A stretch of 64,000 bases of DNA from an uncultured Chloroflexia bacterium (GCA_963797095.1 CAWCNY010000002.1:320001-384000), one strand, 5' to 3'. Shown: positions 10,683 through 21,177, numbered from the stretch's first letter. The notes: a model not told the origin generated them from the sequence alone. Translations and numbers: made by a program.

Positions 10683-11609
10683 ATGAGCAAAACCCCGCCC
10701 AGGCGCGGCGAAAAGCCTCCTGCACCTGGCGGAGCACGACGTACTGCGTCATCCGCAACGCCCCCAAAGACTAAAAGTGCCTCTCCCACCTCCTCCCGGC
10801 AGGCACGTACATACGAATACGATGACCAATATCATGACGATCGGTACGATGACCGCTACGACCGTTATCCACCACCTCCTCGTTCGCGCCGCCCGCCCCA
10901 GAGCAGTACGCGTCCTGGTGCCCCTGCGCCCACCCGCCGCCCGCCCCCACCGCGCTATGTAGCCCCGCGCCGCGATGCCTTCCCCATCGTCATGGGCGCC
11001 CTGGTTGGTATGATGGTCGTCGGCCTGCTCATTGTGGTCTACCTGTTGCTTAGTCAGAAGAACGGTACAGTGCCGACCGCTGCCGCCGTTAACAACAATA
11101 CCACGTCCGCCGCTCCTACAATGGCTCAGTCTTCAAATAATAGCGCTTCGGTAAGCGAGACCCTCGCGGCCAAGCGACCCGCCGAGGGCATCGGTACCGC
11201 TGTGCCTGATGAAGGCAACGCCCACGTGGCCGATGGAGAAGCTATATCTTACCAGACCTATCCACCCGCCACAGGCACCCACTATAGCACCACCGCCGAC
11301 TACGGCTTCTCCGATGCCGAGATCGCGGAGGGCTATTTCGTGCACAGCCTGGAGCATGGGGCCATCGTCCTCTATTACAAACCTGATGTCTCCGACACCA
11401 TTAAGCAGGAGTTGAAAGACACCTACAACAAACTCCCCGCCGGCAAGTACGGCAAGGTCAAACTGGTGATAGTTCCCTATACTAAGATGTCCACACCTCT
11501 CGCCATCGCTGCCTGGGATCGCCTCCTCCTCCTCAACGACTACAACTTTGACGAAATACAAACCTTCTATAATGCCTGGGTGGACAAAGGCCCTGAGGAC
11601 GTTCCGTAA
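10683..11609 (+). CDS. DUF3105 domain membrane-anchored protein
   Basis: Disordered N-terminus, one TM segment, PPATGTHY, VHSLEHGAI and AAW motifs. Confidence 0.85.
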   Translation: MSKTPPRRGEKPPAPGGARRTASSATPPKTKSASPTSSRQARTYEYDDQYHDDRYDDRYDRYPPPPRSRRPPQSSTRPGAPAPTRRPPPPRYVAPRRDAFPIVMGALVGMMVVGLLIVVYLLLSQKNGTVPTAAAVNNNTTSAAPTMAQSSNNSASVSETLAAKRPAEGIGTAVPDEGNAHVADGEAISYQTYPPATGTHYSTTADYGFSDAEIAEGYFVHSLEHGAIVLYYKPDVSDTIKQELKDTYNKLPAGKYGKVKLVIVPYTKMSTPLAIAAWDRLLLLNDYNFDEIQTFYNAWVDKGPEDVP

Positions 11610-11673
11610 AGCATGGTGCCTAGTCATCTCAACTGCTTCCACTCACTCGGTGTGGGTGAGTAATCTAGCTTGT

Positions 11674-11714
11674 AAATAAGGGAATTGGCGGCGCAGCCGC
11701 CAATTCCCTTATTT
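11674..11714. terminator. Perfect 19-bp-arm hairpin, probable terminator
   Basis: AAATAAGGGAATTGGCGGC-GCA-GCCGCCAATTCCCTTATTT. Confidence 0.7.
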
Positions 11715-11812
11715 GGGGTCCTTTCACACCGTTGGTGAGTGACATTTTGGTTGACACCTCTCCCGCCAGCGTGCTATGATCCTCAGGTTACACCTTTTTT
11801 CTTGAGGAGCAA

Positions 11813-12694
11813 ATGAGCATGAAGATAGGGGCCGATGATCTTGTGTTGGATGTCGGGAGTGGGCACAATCCGAACCCTCGTAGCGATATCCTTTGCGACC
11901 GCTACATCGAGGACGATACCGAGCGCGGTGGCTCTATTCGTGTTGATCGCCCTTTGATCGTGGCCGACGCACACAATCTCCCTTTCAAAGATCACGCCTT
12001 CGACTACGTGATAGCCTCTCATATCATCGAGCATATGGACGATCCTGAGAAGTTCTGTTCAGAACTGCAGCGCGTGGCCCGCCGGGGCTTCATCGCCTCT
12101 CCCACCGAATTGGCCGAGCATATGTTTTACTGGTCGTTCCATAAGTGGTACGTCAACAAATTAGGCAATAAGCTTATCCTCCACCCTAAAATAAACGTAC
12201 CTAACATCTTCGGCGACCTCTTTCATTATCTCTACGAATACAACCCCTGGTACGCCCGTTTTCACCGCTCCCTCCCCGATATGTTCTGGATGGAATATGA
12301 ATGGGACAGTCATATCAACATCGAGATTCGCGACCACTCCCCTCTGGTGCTGGATGACCCCCAAATCCTCAAGCGCATGGTGATCCCCAGAGAATCCCCT
12401 GTCACCTCTCTCAAGCGCAGCACCACCACTTTCGCTGATGAATTCCTGCCCGGCGCTACTAAGAAACTCCTCACGAAAATGCGCCGCCAGAAGCGTACCC
12501 CTGCCAGAAGAGTTAATCTCGAAGCCATCCTGGCCTGCCCTGCTTGCCTGGGCGATGTAAAAGTCCTGCGTGACTCCGTCAAATGCCAGCGCTGTGGCCG
12601 CATTTATCCTATTGAGCACGGCTTTCCTATGATGCTCCTCGACCAGGACCTCCGCCACCGCCCCGAACCACAACCTGCCCTGCACGAAGCATGA
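11813..12694 (+). CDS. Class I SAM methyltransferase with C-terminal Trm112-like Zn domain
   Basis: VLDVGSG and LPFKDHAFD motifs; C-terminal ILACPAC...CQRC.R.YPI..G.P.ML. Confidence 0.8.
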   Translation: MSMKIGADDLVLDVGSGHNPNPRSDILCDRYIEDDTERGGSIRVDRPLIVADAHNLPFKDHAFDYVIASHIIEHMDDPEKFCSELQRVARRGFIASPTELAEHMFYWSFHKWYVNKLGNKLILHPKINVPNIFGDLFHYLYEYNPWYARFHRSLPDMFWMEYEWDSHINIEIRDHSPLVLDDPQILKRMVIPRESPVTSLKRSTTTFADEFLPGATKKLLTKMRRQKRTPARRVNLEAILACPACLGDVKVLRDSVKCQRCGRIYPIEHGFPMMLLDQDLRHRPEPQPALHEA

Positions 12695-12749
12695 CGAGTG
12701 ACGAGTTGTTTATCGTCACTCGTCACTCGTCACTCGTCACTCGTCACTC
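12692..12749. repeat. Inverted heptamer tandem repeats (TGACGAG / TCACTCG)
   Basis: TGACGAG x2 followed by several CGTCACT units. Confidence 0.85.
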
Positions 12750-13001
12750 CCGATTTCCCATCCCGTCGCTAGTACTTCTAGACGCACCATAGCGTGCGCT
12801 TGGTACTATCGTCTCCTATTGCCCTCACCTGCCTTCCGGCGGTATGACTAGGGTGGAGCACTCTCACCCTCCACCGTTGTGTTCGGAGTGTCGTCCTCCA
12901 ACTCCTCCTCCCCACCTCGTACAAGGCAATCTCCCAGCACCGCCTCAAATCCCAAACTCCTAAGCAACCAGGAACTAACAACCCGCTATCAGGAGAGAAT
13001 T

Positions 13002-14594
13002 ATGAAGCTGATATTCGCACCGGCAGCAGCGCTGATGTCACGGCTCAAATTCCCTCAGAGATTCAGCCTCATTACCATCCTCTTTCTCCTCCCTCTCTGC
13101 ATCGCGCTTCTCATGCTCCTATCGCGTATCAGCGGCGATATTACCTTTGCCCAGGGCGAGTTGAAAGGCACCACCTATCTGCGTTCTGCTCACCTTCTCC
13201 TGCGCGATACTATAAACGACTGGTTCCTCAGCCAGAACGCTATGCGCGGACTCAATGTCAATGACCAGGCGCTTACCCAGAACGCCTCTGTAATCAACGC
13301 CGATCTCAAGGTTCTGGCTAACCTCGACAGCAAGTATGGCGCGGCCTTCGGCACCACCGACGACCTCCACACCCTCCAGGATGACTGGCAGACAATGAGC
13401 GCCCTTCCTCAAACTATAGACCGCCAGGTTCTATATCGTCCCTTCATTCAGGATATTAGCACTTTGATCGCCACTATAGGCGACCGTTCCGGCCTGATCC
13501 TTGACGCTGACCTCGATACCCATTACACCATGCAGGCCGTCTTGATCGACCTGCCCAAAGCGCAAACCACCATAGCAAACCTCGCTGTATTAGGTGATGG
13601 CGTGGTCGGCAGGCGAAATCTGACCGAGGATGAGAAAGCCGCCCTGAACGCGCTCGCGACCCAGTTGATTGACCTTTTCGATACCATGGGCCGCGATGCT
13701 CAGGTAGCCTACTCCAGCAATTCCCTGGGCAACCTTCGCCCCAACATCGAACAGCCGGTGTCTGCGGCAACTTCTTCGGCCAGTGCTCTGGTAGACAGGC
13801 TCATTCGCGATGTGCTCTCGGCCCCGCTGATCCTTCTCACCACCGACTCCTGGATGGACCAGGCAAACCAGGCGCTACAGGCTAGCTACACTCAGTGGGA
13901 CGCCCAGGTCGCCCAGTTGGACGTGCTGCTGGCAGCCCGCGTTTCCTCCGCTGAAGGGAGCCGCAGTCTAGCTATTGCTCTCACAGCCGCCGTGCTTCTG
14001 CTCGTAGTCTATATGTGGATCGGTTTCTACATGGCCGTTATGAAGACCGCTGCCGGCCTGGAACAGGCTGGTGTCATACTCGCTACCGGGCGCGTGGCAA
14101 CCGCCGCCATTGATCTCGATAATAAGGACGAATTGAGCAGTCGTGTTGCATCTACGCTTAGCCAGGTAGCCAGCGCCACCAACAGGATGGCAGATACGAT
14201 CAATATCCGCACTACCGAGCTAACAGAGGTATCAACCCTCCTCGCCTACATGCACAACGGCGTGATCATTACCGATTCCGATGGCACGGTCAAAGTGCTA
14301 AACCCTGCTGCTACCAAAATGCTGGGTGTCGGATTTGGAGAGGCCGTCAACCGTCCTCTCTCTACCCTCATCCTCGACCCTCGCTTCCACACCACCATGG
14401 CCGCTGCTCTGGCTGCCCCACGCCAGCGCCACCACGTCGATGTTGCGCTGGACAACCGCATTGTATCTATCTCCGCTGTTTTCGCACCCGTCTCCCAGGA
14501 CACATATGAAGGCATGCTAATTCTGGAGGATGTAACCGAGCTGCGAACCCTCCAGCATCTCCAACAATCGCACCGCACAGTACCTGTCAGATAG
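13002..14594 (+). CDS. Membrane sensor: TM, extracellular helical domain, TM, HAMP-like, PAS; no output domain
   Basis: ATG 13002 after AGGAG; two TM segments; SGLILDADLDTHY; PAS (GVIITDSDG..NPAA); ends shortly after DVTELR. Confidence 0.75.
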   Translation: MKLIFAPAAALMSRLKFPQRFSLITILFLLPLCIALLMLLSRISGDITFAQGELKGTTYLRSAHLLLRDTINDWFLSQNAMRGLNVNDQALTQNASVINADLKVLANLDSKYGAAFGTTDDLHTLQDDWQTMSALPQTIDRQVLYRPFIQDISTLIATIGDRSGLILDADLDTHYTMQAVLIDLPKAQTTIANLAVLGDGVVGRRNLTEDEKAALNALATQLIDLFDTMGRDAQVAYSSNSLGNLRPNIEQPVSAATSSASALVDRLIRDVLSAPLILLTTDSWMDQANQALQASYTQWDAQVAQLDVLLAARVSSAEGSRSLAIALTAAVLLLVVYMWIGFYMAVMKTAAGLEQAGVILATGRVATAAIDLDNKDELSSRVASTLSQVASATNRMADTINIRTTELTEVSTLLAYMHNGVIITDSDGTVKVLNPAATKMLGVGFGEAVNRPLSTLILDPRFHTTMAAALAAPRQRHHVDVALDNRIVSISAVFAPVSQDTYEGMLILEDVTELRTLQHLQQSHRTVPVR

Positions 14595-14831
14595 CCCTTG
14601 ATCCTCTTTAAATCCCCATCTTGTAGGGTGGTAGTACCCCTATGCTATGGTGTGTTAGGCTATAGGTACTAGTAATGAGTATTGCCGTAGGACCACTTGA
14701 GACGCTACCCTATTAGTATAGCGGCTTACAACTTTGGCGCGTTCAAAAACGGTGAACTGCGTCCCTGTTTTTATTGCTAAGGGCACGTGATCATATGCTC
14801 CAGCCCAGGTCGTTTGGAGGTGATGAGGTAA

Positions 14832-16418
14832 ATGAGGTTAATATTTGGACCGGCCACAGCTCTGATGACGCGCCTTAAGTTCCCACAGAGATTCGCCCTT
14901 ATAACCTTCCTCTTTCTCCTACCTCTCGGCTATGCCTTGTGGGCCTTTATCAGCACGGTCAACTACCAGATTAACCTCTCGCGAAAGGAGACATGGGGCG
15001 ATGCCTACTTGCGCCCCCTACACACCCTTTACAGAGACATGACCGAGGATTGGCTCCTTAGCCAGTCTGCCCTGCGCGGCCTCACCACTAATAACGATGC
15101 CCTCCAACAGAACCAGGTCAAAATCGACCGGGACTTTGATGCACTGGCCTCCGTAGATAGCCTCTATGGCTCACAATTCGGCACAAGTCCCGCCCTATCA
15201 GCTCTCAAATCCGACTGGGCCGATGTGACGTCGCTCCCACAGAACACCAGCCGCCAATCAAAGTACGCCACTACCATTGCCGGTATCTTGAACCTCATCT
15301 CTACAGTAGGCGATAGGTCCAACCTCGTCCTCGATCCAGACCTCGACACCTACTACACTAAAGACGCTCTCCTGATCCAACTCCCTGCCCTCCAGAACAC
15401 AATAGCGGACCTCGCGGTGCGAGTAGACCCCATCCTGGCCGATGCTACTCTGACGGCCAACCAGCGCACCGAGCTTACGCTTCTTCAGGGCCAGATCCTC
15501 AAGTACAACGACAACCTCACAAAAGGCGCGGATGTGGCTTTTGCCAACAACCCCATGGGCAACCTCGAATCTGCGGTCGATGGCCCCAGGAACCAGGCCA
15601 GGATCGCTCTCAACGACTTTCTGACTATCCTCGACACCAAAATATTCCAGGCTCCCACAATCACCCTCTCCTCAACCTCCTGGATGGAACAGGCTCGTAA
15701 CGCTCTCCAGGCCAGCTACAATCAATGGGATGTGCAAGTGGCCCAGATGGACCTCCTTCTCAATAACCGTATTGCCGGTTTTGAGAGTAACAGGACCATC
15801 GCCCTCGTCATAACCCTCATTGCCCTGTTCATCGTGACCTATATGTGGGTCGGCTTCTCCAGGGCGGTCATGCACTCGGTCTCCAGCCTTGAGCAAACAG
15901 CCAACATGCTCGCCAGCGGCAATCTGGACAGCGCCGTCAGCATGAGCGCCAGAGATGAGATAAGCCAGACCGCTGCCGCCGCCATCAACAAAATGGCTAA
16001 TGTTACCACCCAGCTTAATAGCGCTATGCTTCAACGTACCAGCGAGCTAACGGAGCTTTCTTACCTGCTCGCTTACATGCACGACGGTGTGGTGATCACC
16101 GACGATAGGGGCATGATCAAAGTCCTCAACGGTACGGCTACCAGGATCCTCAACACCCACTACGACACAGCTATCTCTCAGCCTATCCTGGCTTATGTGC
16201 AGGATGCTCGTCTGCAAGAAACGATGCGCGCTGCCTGGGTTGCTCCTGGCCAGCGCTTCGCGGTTGACGTCGCCATCAACAGCCGTCTCATCTCGTTCGT
16301 AATCACTTTTGTGCCTGTAGAAGACACTAAAACGGGTTTGTTTGTTATGCAAGATGTTACTGAACTGCGTACCCTTCAGCAGCAACAACAATTCGCGTGG
16401 GTATCAACTACTCGGTAA
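14832..16418 (+). CDS. Paralogous membrane sensor with HAMP-like and PAS domains; no output domain
   Basis: Colinear with 13002-14594 (MRLIFGPA..LM.RLKFPQRF; SNLVLDPDLDTYY; DVTELRTLQ). Confidence 0.75.
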   Translation: MRLIFGPATALMTRLKFPQRFALITFLFLLPLGYALWAFISTVNYQINLSRKETWGDAYLRPLHTLYRDMTEDWLLSQSALRGLTTNNDALQQNQVKIDRDFDALASVDSLYGSQFGTSPALSALKSDWADVTSLPQNTSRQSKYATTIAGILNLISTVGDRSNLVLDPDLDTYYTKDALLIQLPALQNTIADLAVRVDPILADATLTANQRTELTLLQGQILKYNDNLTKGADVAFANNPMGNLESAVDGPRNQARIALNDFLTILDTKIFQAPTITLSSTSWMEQARNALQASYNQWDVQVAQMDLLLNNRIAGFESNRTIALVITLIALFIVTYMWVGFSRAVMHSVSSLEQTANMLASGNLDSAVSMSARDEISQTAAAAINKMANVTTQLNSAMLQRTSELTELSYLLAYMHDGVVITDDRGMIKVLNGTATRILNTHYDTAISQPILAYVQDARLQETMRAAWVAPGQRFAVDVAINSRLISFVITFVPVEDTKTGLFVMQDVTELRTLQQQQQFAWVSTTR

Positions 16419-16492
16419 GGTAGCCCGAACAGGCGGAGCAATAGTCATGTACTTTTCTTCAAGTTGTGAGAATCGGAGGATTGGAAGGCAAT

Positions 16493-17968
16493 ATGACAAG
16501 CGTGAAAACACCCACAGTTGTACAGGTAAGTTGCCCCAGATGCAACCGGGTCAACAAGCCCGGTGCTACTCGCTGCGCCGACTGCGGTGCAAACCTGCCC
16601 GGTAAACCACGTGTTGCGCTTGCCCCACTTACCACAGCACCCAACCTTACCGCTTCTAAACTTGTTGACATCGAATCGACGGAGGCTAAACTGGACATTA
16701 TGAACACCGGAGATACAAACCCAGAACGCACTTCGGAGATCGGATCGAATGCCGATACGGGTGGCCTCGATACCTCGGTAAATAGCTGGCTGTTCCAGAA
16801 CCCTAACACCGAGACCGAGACTCCGCAGCCTTCAAGCTCAAGTTTCTCTGTTAAGCTTCTGAGCGAGAAGCAGGACCCAATCATTGCCCGCCAGTGCTAC
16901 GAGCATACCACCGGCCTGCTGGACGACAAGGAAGAAATCGAGTACATCGCTACCGTAGACCAGACCATTCAATATGACGAAAAAGGCGGCAATTATGTTT
17001 GCAGCGTCGCCACCAACAAACGCATCGTCATTTATAACAGGGTTGCAACAGGCGAGTTAGACCTCGCGCACCCCGACGTCTGCCTCTGGCAGGATATGGA
17101 CGAGATCTATTTCGAAGAAGACCCCGAGATTTCGCTCAGGTTCATTGCTATCAGCGGGTGGCATGTGGAATTGAAAGACCTCTACCCACCACAGGCCAGG
17201 AGACTTTACATCTACGGTGTAGACCATAGCGAGCGCGTGTTGCGCAACCGGGTAGAGCAGCATATAGCAAATCAAGCAGGCGTTCCCTACATAAGTGAGC
17301 CTCTTGATGAAGGCAAGATGGGACGCCCTACAATAGGTAGGGCTGTCGGCATTTTCAACCCCGGCTATAGCGGGAATCAGGCTCAGCCCTCGCAATCCTC
17401 CAGACCGAGAGGAAGCACAGGCTCTCTCCTGGACACTATAATGCGCTCGGTTCAGGCGTCAGAAGGTCCCACCGAAGGGATTATGCCCACAATCAATGTC
17501 ACCAGCCCCAACCTCTCGGATCCCAATTCATCCCAACCATCCCCTGTGCCTCCCAGCGACTCCAATGTCCATCCTACCCAGCAGAATGCCGCCGATACTA
17601 CATCCGGTGGCTTGCCGGAGGGCATGGAAAGCCTCACGGGGCGGCTTCCCTACGGCGTTGAATTTACAACAGGCCCTATCCTCCGCCCTTCTTACGATCC
17701 TGCCTCCATGTCAGGGCCGCTTGGCAACTCCTTGCAAACCGAGCCTGTGGCGCAAGGGATGCCCTACTTACAGCCTTCACAACAGCCTAACCCTCCTCAG
17801 CCTGCCCAATCGCCCCAGCCAGCCCCACAGGCCAAGCCTGCCTCCTCCCTGGATGAGACCGATGTGTTTGTGATCCGTCTCCAAAAGCTGAAGAACCTTG
17901 TTGAAGCCGGACTGATTACTCAGGAAGACTACGAGAACAAGAAGAAGCAAATACTGGAAGAAATGTAA
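16493..17968 (+). CDS. Zinc-ribbon / PH-like / SHOCT domain protein
   Basis: CPRC...CADCG at the N-terminus; VATNKRIVIY PH-like core; C-terminal LQKLKNLVEAGLITQEDYENKKKQIL. Confidence 0.7.
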   Translation: MTSVKTPTVVQVSCPRCNRVNKPGATRCADCGANLPGKPRVALAPLTTAPNLTASKLVDIESTEAKLDIMNTGDTNPERTSEIGSNADTGGLDTSVNSWLFQNPNTETETPQPSSSSFSVKLLSEKQDPIIARQCYEHTTGLLDDKEEIEYIATVDQTIQYDEKGGNYVCSVATNKRIVIYNRVATGELDLAHPDVCLWQDMDEIYFEEDPEISLRFIAISGWHVELKDLYPPQARRLYIYGVDHSERVLRNRVEQHIANQAGVPYISEPLDEGKMGRPTIGRAVGIFNPGYSGNQAQPSQSSRPRGSTGSLLDTIMRSVQASEGPTEGIMPTINVTSPNLSDPNSSQPSPVPPSDSNVHPTQQNAADTTSGGLPEGMESLTGRLPYGVEFTTGPILRPSYDPASMSGPLGNSLQTEPVAQGMPYLQPSQQPNPPQPAQSPQPAPQAKPASSLDETDVFVIRLQKLKNLVEAGLITQEDYENKKKQILEEM

Positions 17969-17977
17969 TTACGCTCT

Positions 17978-18853
17978 CTATTCGATCGACACGCCGCACC
18001 TCTCCAATAGCTTCGCGGCGTACCTGATCGGCCATCTGGTAAGCTTCCTGCGTGGGTCGCCGGGTGCGTGTGTATCAGAGCCGCACGAGCTCAAAAGGTC
18101 ATTGTCCACGCATATCTTGAGATAATATGCCACGTCATATGACGAATGGTACGGGTGCCATACCTCGAAGCCCATCAGCCCACCCTCTATCATCGCGTAC
18201 AACGTGGCCTCATCCGGCGGTTTGAACCCCGGCTCGGCCCGCCCAGGGTGCGCCAGGATCGGTATAGCGCCTGTGGTTCGTGCTCTCTCTATCACGTCCC
18301 GCATCTCAGGTAGAGGCAGAAAGTCCACCCCCACAGTCTTAGCCAATTCATGCGCGTCCTTCATGTTGTGCGCGTATTCGTGCTTGATGATCGCCTGAAA
18401 CACGTGGTAGGGTGCGATGGGCTGCCCCTGGTGGCATAGCCTCAATACGGCTTCGTCCAGCGGCATCCCTTTGCGCGCCAGTTCCTCTATCCCATTGGCG
18501 CAAATCTCGGCGTACTTGCGCTTCGCCTCATCCAACGGTCCCACGAACCTGCTATCGGTCAGGTCGACATTGTACACCAGCATATGGTACTGCGTCTCGC
18601 CCCACATGCACGATACCTCCACCGCAGGCACCACGTGTATGCCATACTGCGCGGCCTCTTGCTTGAGGGGGATCACATTATCGACGCGGTCGTGGTCCGC
18701 TAGCGCGATTACGGCCAGCCCCAACTCGTGAGCGGCCTTCGCCAGTGTGGCCGGTGTATATCGCCCATCCGAGGCTGTTGTGTGCATGTGGAGATCGATA
18801 TTTGCGTCGTGGGGCACTGTAACCCCTGAGAGGCGTCCTGTATCCGTATCCAT
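17978..18853 (-). CDS. PHP domain metal-dependent phosphoesterase
   Basis: DLHMHTTASDG, ADHD, LAHP and GSDTH motifs. Confidence 0.9.
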   Translation of the reverse strand: MDTDTGRLSGVTVPHDANIDLHMHTTASDGRYTPATLAKAAHELGLAVIALADHDRVDNVIPLKQEAAQYGIHVVPAVEVSCMWGETQYHMLVYNVDLTDSRFVGPLDEAKRKYAEICANGIEELARKGMPLDEAVLRLCHQGQPIAPYHVFQAIIKHEYAHNMKDAHELAKTVGVDFLPLPEMRDVIERARTTGAIPILAHPGRAEPGFKPPDEATLYAMIEGGLMGFEVWHPYHSSYDVAYYLKICVDNDLLSSCGSDTHAPGDPRRKLTRWPIRYAAKLLERCGVSIE

Positions 18854-19581
18854 CAGATTATATCCAGGTCCTCCTCGACCTCCTCCACGCCGTCTACGCT
18901 CCCGGCTACCTGTTCGGCTTGCTCGGCATCTTCAAGCGAACTAACCTGGCCCTTCAAATAGACCACCCCATCTTCCACTTCCACGTCGATGTTAAGGTCC
19001 GATGTGTAGGCATCCAGGCGGAGGGCGCGTATCACTCGCGCCGCGATTTCGTCGTCGCCTCCCTGGAATCTCGAAGGCTCGCCTTCGGATTCTTCAGGCT
19101 CTTCGTCCGAGTCTGTTGCAAATCCGCCCATAACCCCGGCGTTTGTCAGCGGTCGCGTGGTAAGGGGTGGATCGGTGGGCGGGAAATAAGGCTCACCCTC
19201 TTCTACTGCTTCAATGATATCTTCGGTGCCGGGATCGTCCATGAAATCAGGTTCCTCTCCTTCCGTCCTCCATTCATCGTCAAGGTCTAGCACATCGGGA
19301 TTCGCGCTGATGCGCTCTCGACCGATACTTGGATCGACAAGCCGCTCCATATCATCGTCCAGTGGCGTATCGCCCTCTTCGATATCTTTCCAGGTGTAGC
19401 TCGATGGGCTAGCCGTGGGGTCGGCAGCCGTTACCGGGTCGTCGGGTGGGGCTTCTGTCTCATCCTCGCCGGAAAGCGACCTGTGCTCGACCGGTCTCGC
19501 TTCGGCGCTAGCCTGCGTGCGCGCGTCTCTAGTGTCGTCATGCCTGGCCGCGTTGCTGTTATCCATGCATGCATCCTCCAA
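18853..19581 (-). CDS. Acidic protein with C-terminal BON domain
   Basis: DDEIAARV..AL...I.VEV.DGVVYLKGQV...V.GV.EV; stop overlaps the PHP start. Confidence 0.8.
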   Translation of the reverse strand: MEDACMDNSNAARHDDTRDARTQASAEARPVEHRSLSGEDETEAPPDDPVTAADPTASPSSYTWKDIEEGDTPLDDDMERLVDPSIGRERISANPDVLDLDDEWRTEGEEPDFMDDPGTEDIIEAVEEGEPYFPPTDPPLTTRPLTNAGVMGGFATDSDEEPEESEGEPSRFQGGDDEIAARVIRALRLDAYTSDLNIDVEVEDGVVYLKGQVSSLEDAEQAEQVAGSVDGVEEVEEDLDII

Positions 19582-19744
19582 AGGGTCGGTCCTCTATTCT
19601 ACCACAGTCTACATTCAAACGCCCCGCAGAGGTAATCAGTCACCCGAATACTTGGTTCGTGCTAAACAGATTGGGAGCGACCAAAGACTCCACCCTAACC
19701 CCTCCCCAAATTCTTTCAGGGGTAGGTTTTCGGTGGAATCCTTC

Positions 19745-19892
19745 GGTGAGTACAGGCTAACACCCCTCACCCCCTGCCCCCCGCCTCCTTCGTCGGCACT
19801 CCGAATTCGGGGAGAGGGGAGAGTAAATAGTGGGGGAAGTGTGAGGGACACCCCCAAACCCCCGGCAGGGGAGTACCCCTGCACCCCTTTTG
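19745..19892. repeat. Dispersed G/C-rich palindromic repeat, family A
   Basis: Modules CCCCTCACCCCC...GGGGAGAGGGG and GGGACACCCCCAAACCCCCGGCAGGGGAGTACCCCTGCACCCC; related modules near 25040-25240, 28080-28240, 43516-43730 and 44895-44948. Confidence 0.85.
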
Positions 19893-20111
19893 CAGAAACC
19901 TACCTTTGTAAGCCCCATTTTGGCTGTTTTAGAAACAGATCTTACGCATGCGAACCTGGATCCAAAACGCGGGATGCCTTATGTTTAGAACGCCTCTCTT
20001 TACCAGCTAATCACAAGGGCGTGCAGGCGGAACAGACTTATGGGGGCTTGGGTTGAGCTTCGAAGGCATCCTCGATCTGCTTCGTGTACGAATTTAAGAT
20101 TCGTGCGAGTT

Positions 20112-21177
20112 CTATGGCTCCTCGCCCGGCCAGAACACGTCGAACTTCACATCGTAGCGGCTTGCGCTGGATGTTCCGAGCGCTCTGTATACTTCCTCTG
20201 CCAGGTCGATCACGATCCCCTTCGAGCGCACATAAGGGATGTCGCCGTTGGCTATCACGTCTATGAACTGCACCATCACCGAGCGATTGCCCCTGGTTAC
20301 GCGGGCCATCCTCCCGTAGAGGTTGAGGTCGGCGGGTGCCGAAGCATAAAGGCCCCGGCCCACGAAATCAGACGGTAGATTGCCCCAGTGCTTGTTGAGG
20401 TCGATGATCCGGTCCCAACTGGTGCCGAAGGCCGCCGCGCTGTACCATGTGGCCTCGCCGCTGAAGCTCATCTGGAAACCGGGGCGAGGCTGTGCCTCCG
20501 CGACAGAGGGGTTGAGTCCTTCCATCCCTTCCGCCAATTCCTTATTAAGTCAGCTCGGTACCGAGGTGGCCCAACTGCACGCGTCCTTGCGCGGTCATTT
20601 CGAAGCGGGCACGCTCGAAGTACTGAACAGTGGTCCCGCCGTCCTCTATCTCCTCGGAGATTGGGTAGCCGAATATGCCCAGGCTGCCTCTGCTCTGCCA
20701 GAACTGCTTGAACGCCCCGTTGAGCGTGTGCCCCGTTTCCGGGAAGTAGGTTCGATCGCCCACGGTCGCCGGGTCTACCGGCGGGAAATCGCGATCCTGC
20801 GTCACCAGCCTTCCAACCTGAGTTAGCTCTACCTTCCACGGGCGCGTGCTGTCGGGGTGATACTCGAACCGCGCGCGCTGGAAGTATTGCACCGGCACAC
20901 CATTGATGACAGTCTCTTCGGTGATAGGGTAGCCGTATAGGTTCAGGCCGCCGTCCATCAGCCAGTAGTTGAGGAAGGCATCCTTTACATAGTGCCCGGT
21001 CTGGCGATAATAGATGGAGTTAAAGGAGTTGGTGTTGGTGGGTGCCGCCTCTGCCACCGAGCGGCTCCCTGATAGCGCCGTAACTGCGAGTGGGGATGTG
21101 GAGAGAGCCAGGGCGAGAGCGAGCGTTATACCCGCAGTGGCGGCCATGAGCCGCAAACGTGCGCCCGCTTTTCTCAA
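20112..21177 (-). pseudogene. Secreted YFPETGH-repeat protein with C-terminal RlpA/DPBB-like domain, split by a +1 frameshift
   Basis: Signal peptide plus two YGYPI/QYF.RARFE repeats; deleting one base at about 20546 joins ...GTELT-NKELAEGMEG... to ORF 20112-20537 (GEATWY...ID..IDL). Confidence 0.65.

Noticed and set aside
12879-13001. N-terminal extensions in the ORF track (also 31342-31392, 49424-49495, 51566-51724, 62164-62586)
   Set aside because: They run through repeats, leaders or neighbouring genes. Downstream ATGs match family or paralog starts better.
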